From Hemiscyllium ocellatum (Eukaryota): DNA of 64,000 bases. Positions 34,540-45,597 of the stretch are shown one piece after another. Both the position numbers and the translations under genes were made by a program. The stretch's first letter is position 1; each line of letters opens with the position of its first letter. The notes beneath the pieces are model-generated. The model was not told where the DNA came from, did not search any database, and saw nothing but the letters and a program-made list of their open reading frames with translations. Where the stretch lies: NCBI RefSeq assembly GCF_020745735.1, contig NC_083409.1, positions 14,851,873 to 14,915,872 on the forward strand, in the 5' to 3' direction.

Positions 34540-37500
34540 AAGACTCCCAGTTCATCCCAAAAAAGATTAGTTCCTTGAAAGTGGAGTTGCAGGTAGGTAG
34601 GGGAGCGACAAAGTCACTTGGCATGCTTCCCTTTATTGGGCAGTGCATTGAGTATTGGAGTTAGGAGCTGATGCACCTGTACAGGACATTAGTTTGGCCC
34701 CTTTTGGAATACTGTGTGGAATTCTGGCCTCCCTGCTGTAGGAAAAATGTTGGGAACCTTAAACTGGTTCAGAAAAGATTTCCAAAGATGTTGCCAAGTT
34801 GGAGGGTTTGAGCAATCGGGAGAGGCTGAATAGGCTGAGGCTATTTTCCCTGGATCGCTGGAGGCTGAGGGATGACCATATCGAGGTTTCTAACATAATG
34901 AGGGGCATTGATCAAGTGAATAGAGAAGATATTTTGGTCAGAGTGAAGGAGTCCAGAACTAGAGAGCATAGGTGGAAAGTATCAGGAGAATGATTTAAAC
35001 GGGAACTAAGGCATGATGTTTTCCTGCAAGAGTGGTACATTTTTGGAATGAGCTGCCAGAGGAAGTGGTGGAGGCTGGTATGATAACATTTAAAAGGCAT
35101 TTGGGTGAGTATATGAATAGGAAGGGTTTAGAAGGATCTGGACCAAATACTGACAAATGGGACTAGATTAATTTAGGTTATCTGGTCGATATGGACAAGT
35201 TACACAGAAGGATCTATTTCTGTGCTGTACATCTCTATGACACTATGACTCTATGTCTCTGTGGTTGACATGGATGAGTCAGATCGAAGAGTCTGTTTCC
35301 ATGCTGTACATCTCTATGACTCTAATTGTGTTTCAATCAAGCCCTCAGCACCTCAGACTCTCCCAAAGACAGTTACACTTTGCTTGAAAACCAGTCACTG
35401 TTGCAATTTCAGGAAAGGGACAGCCAATTTCTACACAGCAAGATCCCACTGGAAGCAATAAGATCAAAGAGCATTCTTCATGATTTTGGTTCAAGGATAA
35501 ATATTGTCCTGAACTCAACCCAAAGAGAAAGGAATTTGGTTCAGTTGGATGGAAAATGTGAAAATGGAAGGTAAAGGAGAAGGTAGGATTGCTGGTTAGT
35601 GATGGGATTGATTGTTACCAAAAAATAAAAGGAAGGGAGGGAATTTTTGAATATCAAAGATGCCATAAAAGTGCAGGGAAAGTCAAGAATAGATCAACCT
35701 TAAAGATTTTGTGTCTAAATGCACGAAGCATTCCGAGTCAGGGAGACAAAGTGATGCCCCAAATCGAGGTAAATTGAGTTTCCAAGTAACTTAAACTAGT
35801 TAAAGTGGAGGAGGGCTCAGGAGAGGTTAGCAAAGATTCTGGAAGATGTAATAGGACTGAGAGCATGGAAGGGATCAGGAATCAAATGTCAAGCACATCA
35901 GATAAGAGGAACAATGATGAGAAGGAGGGCAGTCAATGCAGGACTGAGGGTGTTGTAATTAAATGGCAGGTACAATGTTGTGGGTATCACAGGGACATGG
36001 CTGTAAGGGGATCCGGGCTGGGAACTAAATATCCAAGGATACATGATCTATCAAAAAGACAGGCAGAAGAGCAGAGGTACAGGAGTTGCCTTGTTAGTAA
36101 GAAATGACTTTAAATCAATAGCAAGAAAGATACAGTCAGAAGGTGTACAATCTGTGTGGGGAGTGTTGAGGAACCCAAGAAATAAAGAATCTGATGCAAG
36201 TTCAGGTCTCCAAGCAGTAAACAGGGTGTGGGGAAGGAAATCAATCAGGAGACAGAAAATCCATTAAAAAAAATGGAGAGGTGGATTGGGTAGCACGTCT
36301 CTCATGGAATGTCTATGAGATGGTTTTTGAAACAGCTTGCGGTTTGGAACAGGCAGTTCTGGATTCAGTGATGTGTAATGAGGCAAACTTGATTAGTGAG
36401 CTGAAGGTGAAAGTATCCTTCTGGATAAGTGACCATAATACGATAGAATTCCCCCTGTAGTTTGAGAGGGAGAAGCTGTAATCAGATGGTACAGTATTTC
36501 AGTTGAGTAAAGGGAACGACAAAGGCGTGAGGAAGGAGCTGGCCAGAGTTGATTGGAAGGGGAGCCGAGCAGGTAAGATGATGTGGCAGCAAACAGCAGA
36601 GTTTCTGGGGGTAATTCAGGAAGCAGAGTAGGAATTCATCCCAAAAAAGAAGAAACACACTAAGGGGAGGACAATGTAACCATGGCTGATGAGGGAGGTC
36701 AAGGACAGCATAAAAGCAAAAGAAAAAGCACACAATGTGGTGGAAAATAGTGGGAGGCCAGAGGGTTAGGAAGTCTTTAAAAACCTGTAGAGGATAACTG
36801 AAAAAACACATTCAGGGTACCGAAGGTGAAATGTGGGGGAAAGCGAGCCAGTAATATAAAAGAAGATTGCAAGAGTTTCATCAGATATATAAAAAGGAAG
36901 ATGGAGGCAGAAATAGACATTGGAAAAAGAATAATAGGAAATGAAGAAAAAGCAGAGGAATTGAATCCATACATTACATCAGTCTGCACAATGGAAAACA
37001 CCAGCAGTGTCCCAGTCCTTCAAGACTGTCAGGGGACAGAGGTGAGAGCAGTGGCCATTATTAAGGAGGAGGTACTGGGGAAGCTGAAATGTCTGAGTGT
37101 GGATAACTCACCCAGACTAGATGAATTACACCAGTGTGTTCTGAAGGAGATCACTGAGGAGATTGTGGAGACATTTTTGATGATCTTTCAGGAATCAATG
37201 GAGTCAGGGTGTGGAGGTATTTTCTAAATGAGGAAAGCCTTTGGAAATCTAAAGCACAAACCTCATTCAGGATTTTCTTAAGGTGAACAGGCAGGTGTGG
37301 TTTGTGCTTGGGAAGGTAAATGAAATATTAGCATTCATTTCAATAGGGCCAGAATACAAGGGCAGAGATGTACTGCTAAGGCTGTGTAAGGCTCTGGTCA
37401 GACTGAATTTGGAATATTGTGAGCAGATTTAGGACCCATATTGTAAGAAACAATGTGCTGGCATTGGAGGGGTTTACAAGAATGATCCTGGGGATGGAGG

Positions 37501-37940
37501 GCTTGTCATATGAGGCATGGTTAAGGACTCTGGGTCTGTACTCAATGGAGTTTAGAAGGACGAGGCGGGATCTTATTGAAATTTACAGAATACAGATAGG
37601 CCTGGATAGAGTGGATGTGGAGAAGATGTTTCCGAAAACAGGAGAGACTCGCTAACCAAGGCACAGCCTCAGAATGAAGGGCCGACCCATTAGACCTGAG
37701 ATGAGGAGGGATTTCTTCAGCCAGAGGGTGGTGAATCTGTGGAACTCATTGTTACAGAGGGCAGGGAGGCCAAGTCACTGAGTGTATTTAAGACAGAGAT
37801 AGGTAGGTTCGTGATTGTGAAGGGGATCGAACATTCTTGTGGAGTAGGAAGACGAATGGGGGTGAGAAGCATATCTGCCAAGGTCAAATGGCAGAGCAGA
37901 TTCAATGGGCTGAATGGCTGATTTCTGCTCCTATTTCTTA
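34540..37940 (+). mobile_element. Stacked CR1 LINE fragments in the J-C intron
   Basis: ILCLNARSI endonuclease start; RT C-terminal pieces (LRTLGLYSMEFRRTRRDLIEIY); CR1 tails at about 35250 and 37938. Confidence 0.8.
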
Positions 37941-38718
37941 AAGTCTTTTGGAGAGTTTCTCCAAAACCCTGGAACACTGAACCCACTGAACACTGGACTC
38001 TGAGCCCTGCTGTAGTAGCTGTTTGTCATCAGAACTTTGCAAAGAGATTATCCAAGAGTGGAGAGAGTGTGCATCCATGTGGGAACTTCAGAATGTTTCC
38101 CAGCTCCTGGAATACCATGAGTACAGGAAGTGTGGTCAGTGACAGCAGTTGGAGCTCCGGTTTTGGAGCTTGAGCAGCAGCTGGTGTCAGTGCGGAGTGT
38201 CCGTGAGGCTGAGAGCTCCGTGGAGAGCACGTTTCTAGATGTGGCCACTCCGCAGCTTCAGAGTATGCAGGGAGAGAGGGAATGGGGAACAGCAGACAGT
38301 CCAAAAGGACCAGGCAGCTAGTACAGGAATCCCCAGACATCCTACTCTCCAACCAGGATTCAGTTCAGAATCCTGATGCGAATGATGGTTCATCTGGGGA
38401 GTGTAGCCAGGGCGAAGTCCCTGGCACCACGGGGGGACCCAGCTGTACAGGGGGGCACAAGGAAAACTGGAAGAGTGATAGTGAGAGGAGATTGGAGAGT
38501 GAAGGCAGTCGATAGGTGTTTCTGCAGCTGCAGATGGGAATCCAGGATGGTGTGTTGTCTCCCTGGTGCCAGCGTCAAGGATAGCACTGAGCGGCTGCAG
38601 ACCACCCTGAGGGGAGAGGGGGAACAGGCAGCAGTTCGTGGTCCACATCGGTCCCAGTGACAGAGGGAGAAAAGGGATGTAGTCCTGCAGTCAGAGGTTT
38701 TGGAGCTTCCGACTTTTA

Positions 38719-38799
38719 AGTAATCTGGGAGCTTCCTACTTTTGAGTTCCTGCTGCTAATTAGTAGCAGGAACTCAAAAGTAGGAATCTCCAGATTACT
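38719..38799. repeat. Near-perfect spacerless palindrome (arms about 40 bp)
   Basis: Centred on CTAA|TTAG at 38759/38760; two mismatches and one bulge. Confidence 0.85.
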
Positions 38800-38820
38800 C
38801 CCAGTGCCCCACGCAAGTGA

Positions 38821-38907
38821 AGAAGGGCTCAGGCCCGAAACGTCGACTCTCCTGCTCCTTGGATGCTGCCTGACCTGCTGCGCTTTTCCAGCAACACATT
38901 TGCAGCA
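38821..38907 (+). mobile_element. Short type-A pLTR insertion starting inside the hammerhead core
   Basis: GTGA|AGAAGGGCTCAGGCCCGAAACGTCGAC. 14-bp TSD CCCCAC(G/A)CAAGTGA at 38807-38820 and 38908-38921. Confidence 0.75.
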
Positions 38908-39305
38908 CCCCACACAAGTGAGAATAGAATCAGGAGGTGAACACAGGTGACTGCTGGGCTGGAAAGAGGATCCATGAGGGAGGGCTTTAGATTTTTGTGA
39001 GGTGGTTTACTACTGTTAGAGAGGGTTTAAACTAACTTGGCAGGGCTGTGGGAGCCAGGGGCAAATATCAGAGAGGAACACCAAGGACCACAGAATCCTC
39101 ACAGCAGTCAATAAGACACCACCCAGTGGGAAGGATGTGGAGGAATACAAATGCAAGGAATTTACAGAGACCTGCAAATATGATAGAGCCCTTATAAATG
39201 GGGGGGGTCTTTAATTTCTGAATATAGTGACCAGACTGGCAAAAGTGTGTTTAGGTGAATTTTCAGGTGGCATTGGTGGCTTAGTGGTGGCTCAGGGGTG
39301 GGGAT

Positions 39306-39620
39306 CAGCATGGTGGCTCAGTGGTTAGCACTGCAGCCTTATAGTACCAGGGTCCCAGGTTTGAATCCAGCCTTGGGTGACTGTCTGTGTGGAGTTTGCA
39401 CATTCTCCCTGTGTCTGCGTGTTTTTCCTCCGGGTGCTCTGGTTTCCTTCCACAGTCCAGAGGTGTGCAGGTCAGGTGAATTGGCCATGCTAAATTGTCC
39501 ATAGTGTTTGATGCATTACTGAGAGGGAAATGGGTCTGGGTGGGTTACTCTTCGGAGATCAGTGTGGACTTGTTGGGCCAAAGGGCTTGTTTCCAAACTG
39601 TAGAGAATCTAATCTAATCA
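39306..39620 (+). mobile_element. HE1-type V-SINE
   Basis: Full head, V-domain and aatctaatctaatc tail. Confidence 0.9.
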
Positions 39621-42030
39621 TTGGCAGTGAAGAAGGCTGTCTAAGAATACAATGGAATATTGACCAACTGGGCCAGTGGGCTGTGGACTGGCAGATGGAG
39701 TTTAATTCAGATAAATGGGAGTGCTATATTTTGGTAAGACACAAGAGATGGGTGAGATCCTGAACAAATATTTTAGGTCAGTATATATTGTGGGGAAAGC
39801 TAGGGAATTTGGAAAAATAGTGATGTCTTGAAAAGAGAACACATATAAATGAGGAGACGCTAAAGATCTTAAAACACATAAAGGTAGATAAACCCGAGGA
39901 CCTGATCAGGTGTATCCCAGAACATTGTGGCAACTGGGGAAGTGATTTTTGGGACCCTTGCTGAGATATATGTATCATCGGCAACCATGGATAAGGTGCT
40001 GGAGAAACAGAGAGGTTGGCTAAGATTATGCCATTATTTCTGAAAGGAAAAGCAAGGGAACTATAGACCAGTGAGCCTGATGTCAGTGCTGGGTAAGATG
40101 TTGGAGTGGATTCTGTGGGACAGGATTTACATCGTTTGGATAATCAGTGTGGCTTTGTGCATAGGAAATCATGTCTCCTGAATTTGATTCAGGAGGTGAC
40201 CAAAAGAATTGATGAAGACAGAACAGTAGACATTGTCAATATGAACTTCAGAGTAAAGTGTTTGACAAGGTTCCACATGATAGACTGGTTGTGAGGTTAG
40301 ACCACATGGGATCCAGGGGGAGCGAGCCATTGGAGTCAAAAAATTGGCTTGAAGATTGGAGGCAGAGAGTGGTGGGAAAAGGTTGCTTTTCAGACTGGAG
40401 ATCTGTGAATAGCTGTGTGCCACAAGGATTGGTGCTGAGTCCACAAATGCTTTTCATCATTTAAAGAAATGATTTGGATGGGAATATAGGAGTTACGGTA
40501 AGTTTGTAAATGACACCAAAATTGGTGGGACAGTGGATAGTGAAGAAGATTATCTCAGGGTACAGCGGGACCTTGATCAGATGGGGCAATGGGCAGAAGA
40601 GTGGCAAATGGAGTTCAGTTTAGATAAATGTGAGATGTTGCATTTTGGAAAGGCAAACCAGGGCAGGAGTTATACAGTTAATGGGAGGGCCCTGTGGAGT
40701 GTTGCTGAATAACAGACCTAGGGGTGAAGATGCAGGTACATTATTCCTTGAAAGTGGGGTCACAGGTAGACAGGGTGATGAAGAAGGTGTTTGGTTTGCT
40801 TGCTTTTGTTCATCACTGCATTGAGTACAGGAGTTGGAACATAATGTTGAGCAGTACAGGAGATTGGTGAGGCCACTTTGGGAATGATGTGAACAATTCT
40901 ATCATCCTGAGGTAGGAAGGATGTCGTTAAACTCAAAAAGCTGCAGAAAAGATTTACAAGGATGTGGCCAGGATTTGGAGGGTTCGAGCTGTCGGGAAAG
41001 GCTGAAGAAACTGGGGCTATATTCTCTGCAGCATCTAAGGCCTCGGGGTGACGTTATAGATGTTTATAAAACCATGAGGGGCATGAACTGGGTGTATATC
41101 CAAGGTCTTTTCCGTGGGAAAGGGATTCCAAAACAAGAGGACATAAGTTTAAGGTGAGAGGCAAAAGATTCAAAAGGGACCTGAGGGGTAACTTGTCACA
41201 CAGAGGGTGGTGCGTGTCTGGATTGAGCTGCCAGAGAAAGTGTTGGAGGCAGATACAGTTACAGCATTTAAAACACATTGGGATGGGTACATGGATAGGC
41301 TGGTTTTCGAGAGATGTAAGCCAAATGCTGGCAAATGGGATGAGATCAGTTTAGGATATTTGGTTAGCATGGACAAGTTGGACTGAAAGGTCTGTTTCCA
41401 CGCGGTATGACTCTGTGACTATGAGTTGCTGGAAAAGCTGAGACTTCTTCCCCTGAAGCGGAAGGTTCTGAGGAGTGACCTTGTAGAGGTTTGGAAAATC
41501 ATGAGGGACATAGATAATGTGAAGAATTCTGGAAGGAGGCGAATGTTTTGTAGCGATGGCAAAAATTGTTCCCAAAGATCATTCCAGGGATGAGGAACAT
41601 CAGTTATGAAGTTTGATTGGAGAATTTGGGACTGTCTTCTTTGGAGAAGGCTGAGAGGAGATTTGTTCAAGGAATTCAGAGTCAGGAAGGGCCTGGACAG
41701 AGTAAATAGGGAGAAAATGTTCCCAATTAAGAAAGGATTCAGACCAAGAGACCACAGATCGAAAGCAATTGGGAAAAGTAACAAAAGTGAGATGGGGAAC
41801 AACATTTTTAGGGTGGTTAAGGTGTGGAGTGCACTGCCTGAGAGTGTGGTGGAGGCAGCTTCAATTAAAACATTCCGAGGGGAATGAGGCTGTTATTTGA
41901 AAAGGAACAATGTGCAGGGTGACAGGGAGAAGGCAGGAGAATGACACTCAGTGAATTGCTCATTCAGAGAGCCGGTCCAGACAGGATGGGTGGAATGGTC
42001 TCCTTGTGCACTGTAACAATTCTGTGATTG
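39620..42030 (+). mobile_element. CR1 LINE RT and 3' fragments
   Basis: NQCGFVHRKSCLLNLI and SCVPQGLVLSP motifs; two 3' tails. Confidence 0.8.
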
Positions 42031-42084
42031 TGTGATTGAGCAGAGTTAAAGCTGGGGGAGGTGGGAGCTCGGTGTCTCACTGTG

Positions 42085-42111
42085 CTGCTGCTGCTGCTGC
42101 TGCTGCTGCTG
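42085..42111 (+). repeat. (CTG)9 microsatellite
   Basis: Direct read. Confidence 0.95.
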
Positions 42112-42485
42112 AGGTCAGTGAGATCAGAGGCTGGGACAGGGAGCCAGAGCTCACATCAAACTCTGCCCTGAGTCTGTCACACTGAGACTGGCAGGAGGCT
42201 ACTCACTGATTTCACTCCATGCTGCAGGAATGGGACCACAGGCTGAAAATGGACAGAGCTCCTCCACACAGTGAGTAAAACTGACTGACTTCTGTCTTGC
42301 TGCTTAAGCGGGGCAATGGAACTAAAGAAGTACAGCTGGACACCCTGTTCGCCACAGTGCTCCTCAATCAACCATTTCATTCACTGCAGCTCCCCACTAA
42401 CACCTTCAACAATTCAGCATTTGTGTTTTAGAAAGTGTGTTTCAGTATTGACAGGGTTAATAACGGATAATTGAGGTTTACTTGC

Positions 42486-42519
42486 TCAGTCTGAGTTTGG
42501 TTCCTTTCCCGAACGTGTA
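42486..42519 (-). pseudogene. IGKJ: Ig kappa J segment (YTFGKGTKLRL) with GC donor
   Basis: FGKG motif. Ends CTG A| so that A plus GC from the C exon gives ...LRLS-RENSQP. Intron starts GCAAGT (42485-42480). Confidence 0.92.
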
Positions 42520-42558
42520 CACAGTGAGAGCTCCCAGTGCAGAGGCTGTATAAAAACC
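42520..42558 (-). other. J recombination signal, 23-bp spacer
   Basis: Heptamer CACAGTG (42520-42526, plus strand), 23 nt, nonamer ATAAAAACC (42550-42558; consensus ACAAAAACC). Confidence 0.92.
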
Positions 42559-43002
42559 TCTGCTCTCTGCTTCCCCCTGTCACTCTCAACCTCTCCCTGT
42601 CTCTCTCTGTCTCTGTCTATTCTTGGTCAATCTCATTCACTCCCTACCCCTCTCTGTCTCTCCCTCATTCATGTGTCTTTCTCTCTCTGTCTTCCGGGGT
42701 TGTGTCCAGCTACTCTCGGGGGTTTGTGAAATTTAGTTTTCATTGTTAAATCTTGCAGCTGTTCTTCACATGTGGCCATGGAGTGTAAGAGGGAAACTTG
42801 AGGCCTTCAGTGAGAGGTGGACACTACAGGGACTGGAATGTGTAGTAGACAGTGACAAACCCAGCATGGGGTAATTTGTTCAATTTACTTTATATATAAC
42901 TGTGGACGTGTCAGTGCAAGAGGTGGGACTATCTGTCCCTTATTATACATTTCATATAACTGTTGGATGTGTCAGTACAGAAGGTGGTGTTGTGCATATT
43001 GA

Positions 43003-43030
43003 GGTTTTTGTATGGCTCTGTATCACTGTA
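43003..43030 (-). other. V recombination signal, 12-bp spacer, defective heptamer
   Basis: Minus strand TACAGTG-atacagagccat-ACAAAAACC; the first heptamer base is T instead of the invariant C. Confidence 0.92.
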
Positions 43031-43326
43031 AAGGCTGCTGCTATACTGCTGACAGTAATAGTCAGTGACATCCTCATTCTGAATGTTGCTGATTGTCAGG
43101 GTGAAACTGGTCCCTGATCCACTGCCGGTGAATCGATCGGAGACTCCTGTGAATCGAGTTGCTGCATTATAGATCAGGAGAGAGGGTTTCTGACCTTCTC
43201 GCGGCTGGTACCAAGCAAGGTTGCTGCTAATGCTTTGACTGGTCATACAGGTGGTGGTTGCAGTCTGGCCCAGTCCCACTGACAGCACCGGGGGAGACTG
43301 GGTCATGATGATGTCCCCACTGATAC
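43031..43326 (-). pseudogene. IGKV: Ig kappa V exon, open frame, unrearranged
   Basis: ctcAG|[27 protein letters not shown]...LAWYQ...[20 protein letters not shown]...[11 protein letters not shown]; Cys-Trp-Cys intact. Called a pseudogene because of the RSS defect. Confidence 0.92.
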
Positions 43327-43512
43327 CTGAGGGGTCAGAGAGAAACACAGTGAAGTCAGAACTGTCACAGAAAGAGCCGGTCAAATGAGAGATTGTTGGA
43401 GACACTGAGCATTCCTCTGGTTTCAGCATTTTCCCTTCAATCACAAGTCAGTGGAATTGGAGTCAAGTGGAGAGCAGCTAAAGATTCAAGGTGGAAGGAG
43501 AGAGATTTGTAC

Positions 43513-43561
43513 CTGCGATACAGAATGCCAGGGGCCAGATTAACTGGATGTGTGAAATCAT
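43513..43561 (-). CDS. IGKV: Ig kappa leader exon MISHIQLIWPLAFCIA(G)
   Basis: ATG at 43561, 49 nt, phase-1 GT donor, in frame with the V exon. Confidence 0.88.
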
Positions 43562-43620
43562 GGTGTGTGCTCCTGTCCCTGTGCCTCGTTCCTGATCAAT
43601 TCTCCCTTCACTGGGCTCTG

Positions 43621-43701
43621 CTTTATAAAGCTGCAGCCTGTGAGAGTCTGACTGGGTGTTCCTCAGTATGTAAATGGCATCAGGCAGAGAGAGCCACGTC
43701 A
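43621..43701 (-). promoter_or_regulatory. V promoter: TATA-like, variant octamer, CRE/E-box-like site
   Basis: CTTTATAAAG at 43621-43630; ATTTACAT (octamer consensus ATTTGCAT) at 43668-43675; TGACGT at 43696-43701. Confidence 0.6.
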
Positions 43702-44649
43702 GCCCCTCACACTTCCTTCTCTCGCTCTCTCAGAGAATCATTGATGTGAACAACATTGAATGAGGCCATTTAGCCCATTGTGTCTGTGTGAGTAAACAAA
43801 GATCTGATGACACTAATCCCATCCTCCAGCTCTTGACCCATCAGCCTGGAGGCTACAGCAACACAAGGGAATATCTAAACACTGCTCCAGTGTCACGAGA
43901 GTTTGTGACTCAACCAGCCTTTCAGGCAGTGAGTTCCAGACTCCCACCACCCTCTGGGTGAAAACATTTCTCCTCAATTCTCCTCTCACTCCAATTTGAC
44001 TGGGCCTGGACTCACTCAAGTTCAGAAGGATGAGAGGGAATCTGATTGAGATGTATAAAATTCTAACAGGGCTGGGCAGGGAGGAGGTTTCCCCTGGTTG
44101 GGAAGTCTGGAATCAGGGGACCCAGTCTCAGGGGGATACAGGGTAGACCATTTAGGACTGAGATGAGGAAACATTTCTTCACTCAAAGGGTAGGACAACT
44201 GTGGAACCCAAGGAACTGAATAAATTCAAGAAAAGGAGAGAGATAATTGTTTTGCATTTTAACAGCATGAAGGGAATGGGGAGAAAGCAGGAATATGGTT
44301 TTGAGATGGAGGATCAGCCATGATCATAATGAATGACAGAGCAGGCTCAAAGGGCCAAAAGGCCTACTCCAGTTCCGAGTTTCTGTGTCCATGTCTGTGT
44401 TACCTGGGACACAGGTTATTGAGTACTTTACTGACATATAAAGTGCCTTCTTACCCACGCTATCACTGCCCCAAATAATCTTATCCCCCTCTATCATGTC
44501 CCCTCTCAGCCTTCACTGCTCCAAGGAAACAATCCCAACCTTTCCAAGATTTCCCCACAGCTGACCCTCCATCCCAGGCAGCATCTTGGTAAATCTCTGC
44601 ACCCTCTCAAGTACAGTCACATCCTTCCCAGAATGTGGTGACCAGGACC

Positions 44650-45100
44650 TATCCACCTCTCTCTCTCTCTCTCTCTGTCTCACATCTGCCACTTCTTTCT
44701 CTCTATCCCTCTCTCTCCTCCTGTTAATCTCATTCATGTTCTCTCTCTCTCTCTCACTCTGTCTCATAGCCACTCTCCCCAATTCACTCATGCTTTCTCA
44801 CTCCATCTCATAATTTTTATTTTTCCATCTCTCACTGTCTCCATAACTCCTTCCCTCTCTCGCTTCAATTTAAATCCTCTGTTATCTCTCCTCTCTATAC
44901 CTCCCTCTGTCTCTCTCCCTCCCTCTCTGTATTCCCAATCTACAGTCGCACTCCCTCCCTCTCTGTCATTCTGTTTCTAATCATACTCATGTCTCTCACT
45001 TTCTCTCTCTCTCTCTCTCTCTGTCTCTCTCACACAAACACACACACACACACATACACACGTACAGACACTCACCCTTTGTCTCTGACTCACTTCTCTC
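44650..45100. repeat. (CT)n/(CA)n-rich low-complexity tract
   Basis: Direct read. Confidence 0.85.
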
Positions 45101-45597
45101 TCTTTCTCACAGTGTCCCAGGTTGTGGCAGTTGAATTCAGGATGAATCTCCCTCTCTCTGCCCCACTCATGGATGTTAACCCTTGACCCCAGAAGCATGT
45201 TTTCTCCGGGAGTAAGGCCCCATTTTCCACATTGACCTGGATTTGGCCTCTCTCAGAAAGATGGCTAGATTCTTGTCAAATGAAGGGCAGTTCTGTGCTG
45301 TTGGCCTGTTCTCACTGGGGACTGGTTTGGACACAAAGCCCATTCCATGGAGGCCCAGCAGAGAGAGGAGATCCTCAGGCCATCAGTGTGAGCTGGGGGG
45401 GGCAGCACAGGCTCTGACCCACTGATCCAGCCTGTCCATTCACAATATTTTCCAATCGCTTCCCCTCTCCTACCCCTCTCTTTCCCTTTCCATGATCAGT
45501 CTCTGAGTCAGGGTGTTTTACTGGGATGTGGGTTGAACCATTACACAGTTACAACAGAAAGGAACTGAACCCCACACTCACCTTGGAGTCCATGATG

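Larger units (their letters stand above)
38040..39240 (+). mobile_element. CR1 ORF1 fragment with internal fold-back and pLTR insertion
   Basis: ELEQQLVSVRSVREAES and RMVCCLPGASVKD...VRGPHRSQ (SGNH). Confidence 0.75.

Noticed and set aside
22684-39620. tRNA genes or CRISPR-like arrays
   Set aside because: The A/B-box sequences are HE1 SINE heads, and the recurrent palindromic repeats are dispersed Penelope pLTR pieces without regular spacers in a eukaryotic genome.
44977-45425. Short ORFs with an IHPEFN protease-like word
   Set aside because: Adjacent to low-complexity DNA; no catalytic motifs or splice support.
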